Assembly (NCBI GenBank): GCA_051313645.2
Contig: JBNRSN020000002.1
Span: 37,882,001 to 37,946,000 of the forward strand
Length of the DNA stretch: 64,000 nt
DNA from: Centroscyllium fabricii
Lineage: Eukaryota
Direction of reading: 5' to 3'
A program made the translations under genes and the position numbers. The notes under the pieces were generated by a model. That model was not told where the DNA came from. It worked only from the letters and a program-made list of their open reading frames with translations, and did not search any database. Shown here piece after piece: positions 62,430 to 64,000 of this stretch (positions are counted from its first letter, which is position 1; each line of letters opens with the position of its first letter).

Positions 62430-64000
62430 TGTGGCGGCACGCCCCCTAGGACACCGAATCCGCCTCGGGAACACTGTGGGGCATGGCCCTGCCCATCGGG
62501 TGACGCGATGACGTCACCACGACTTCCGGCGTGATGACGTCACCAACGGCGGGCAGTTTAAATAAGCCTGCTTCGAGTGGTTCACTCTCTTCTTGTGTTA
62601 CTGTGATGCATTAAACAAGTGTTTTTTCTGTCTCTCTGGCTCACGTGTGGTTCCTAGGCCTTGCTGGCGCTACAGTGGTGACCCTGAATTGGAACGACTT
62701 CCAAAGAAAAAAGCTGCCGCAAGATCAAGGATCACCAGCCTAAGGACAATTAAAAAGGGAAAACATGGCTTCAAGAGCAAGGAACCAAGCTCCACGAACC
62801 CAAGGATTTGGCCAGAACTTCGGGCACAGACTTACCCTGCCAGAGTTCTGGGAGCAATGGCCAGCGGCCTGGTTTATGTGTATTGAAACCAGCTGCCGCA
62901 CACATGGCGTCCAGGGGGACGACCGCTACGACCTGGTCTTCTCAGCCCTACCGCAATCGACGATTGATCGGATGTGGTCCAAACTACAGCGTGTGCCCAC
63001 CACAGGCAGGTACGAGTCCCTCAAGGCCGCGCTCATAATTTTTTTTACCCCCTCTCAATTCGAGCGCGACTGCCAGCTCCTTAACCTCCCCGAACTCGGG
63101 GACGCAGACCCATCAGACCTGTTGGGTCAGATGCAAGCGCTCACCGCCGATCCCGCCTCCCTGTTCCGCACCGTTTTCCTCCTCAAACTACCCCGCTCCA
63201 TCAGACCGGCCCTGGCGGCCCTTGGCCAGTGGAGCGACGACGAGCTCGCCGAGGAAGCCGACAGGCTTATGGCGGCAGAGCGCACCCGCTCAACCACGTG
63301 CGACCCTAACGCCGCATCTATCGAGCGCAACCACTCGCCCCCCAGGCCCAACCTCATGCCTGAACCTAGGGCCCCGCGCCCACCCAGACAACCGCGTCCC
63401 TCTAGCACCGGCTGGTGCTACTACCATACGCGGTTCGATAATAAAGCGCACCGCTGCGTCCAGCCATGCGCATTTAAGCCACGGCCCACCCCAGCCCCCA
63501 CTATGTCTGTAGGACACACAGGAGCACTGCTCTTTGTCACAGACAGCGGCACAGGCCTCAGGTTCCTCTGCGACACAGGCGCACAGCACAGCATCGTGCC
63601 AGCCTCCCCAGCAGAAGCCAAACAAGGCACCCGGGGCCCGCCACTCGCAGCGGCCAACGGCTCCAATATTAAAACGTACTGCACCCGCAAGCTCACCATT
63701 AGACTTGCAGGCCACACGTATAACTGGGACTTCGTTACAGCCCAGGTCACTTCACCCCTCCTCGGGGAAGATTTCCTCTGCACCCACGGCCTGCTGGTCG
63801 ACATGACCCGGCGCCGCTTGGTCGACATCAATATCATGTCGACCATCCCATGCTCCACAGGGCCCGCACTCCTGGCCCACACGGCCGCCGAATGCCGCTC
63901 TCGGAACTCCGACGCCTACGGCACTCTCTTAGCAGAGTTCCCCACCCTAACCAACCCCACGTTCACCGCCCGCCGGGCCAAACACGGGGTAGAGCATTTT
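62430..64000 (+). mobile_element. CsRn1-clade Gypsy element G (relative of C), running off the window
   Basis: 5' LTR 62430-62674 and PBS TGGTGACCCTGA at 62676. Confidence 0.93.
62765..64000 (+). CDS. gag-pol: Gag-protease part of the G polyprotein (open to the window edge)
   Basis: ATG 62765 [44 protein letters not shown], collinear with C. The frame is preserved to KHGVEHF at 64000. Confidence 0.85.
   Translation, partial: MASRARNQAPRTQGFGQNFGHRLTLPEFWEQWPAAWFMCIETSCRTHGVQGDDRYDLVFSALPQSTIDRMWSKLQRVPTTGRYESLKAALIIFFTPSQFERDCQLLNLPELGDADPSDLLGQMQALTADPASLFRTVFLLKLPRSIRPALAALGQWSDDELAEEADRLMAAERTRSTTCDPNAASIERNHSPPRPNLMPEPRAPRPPRQPRPSSTGWCYYHTRFDNKAHRCVQPCAFKPRPTPAPTMSVGHTGALLFVTDSGTGLRFLCDTGAQHSIVPASPAEAKQGTRGPPLAAANGSNIKTYCTRKLTIRLAGHTYNWDFVTAQVTSPLLGEDFLCTHGLLVDMTRRRLVDINIMSTIPCSTGPALLAHTAAECRSRNSDAYGTLLAEFPTLTNPTFTARRAKHGVEHF

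Overview
Eukaryotic, almost entirely transposable-element-derived DNA. The repeat inventory (HER1/CR1-type LINEs with (TTCTATG)n tails, HE1/V-SINE-like tRNA SINEs, a DeuSINE, Penelope-like inverted repeats) points to a cartilaginous fish, probably a shark (inference). No host protein-coding exon, rRNA, true tRNA gene or CRISPR array was recognised. The left 30 kb is a five-level nest: a CR1 LINE contains the 3' end of an env-bearing LTR retroelement with a ~2.1 kb LTR (1881-27939 with inserts). That LTR holds a complete 23 kb PIF/Harbinger transposon (4822-27870, AAT TSD), which holds Gypsy A (8107-17588), which holds a young Gypsy B (9836-14348). The Harbinger also carries a CsRn1-type Gypsy, a deleted Mag-type Gypsy, a MITE and LINE fragments. 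The right half has two more Gypsy elements of the A/B type (D, F), a second CsRn1 copy, solo LTRs, RTEX, Rex1 and CR1 LINEs, SINEs and Penelope-like elements with hammerhead ribozymes. Best lead: four divergent non-chromovirus Gypsy elements (A, B, D, F) have no tRNA primer-binding site. In each, the 13-15 nt after the 5' LTR are the reverse complement of that element's own poly(A)-signal region, with compensatory changes between families. This suggests a self-priming and/or poly(A)-masking mechanism distinct from Tf1. Family and clade names come from motif recognition by eye, not database searches.
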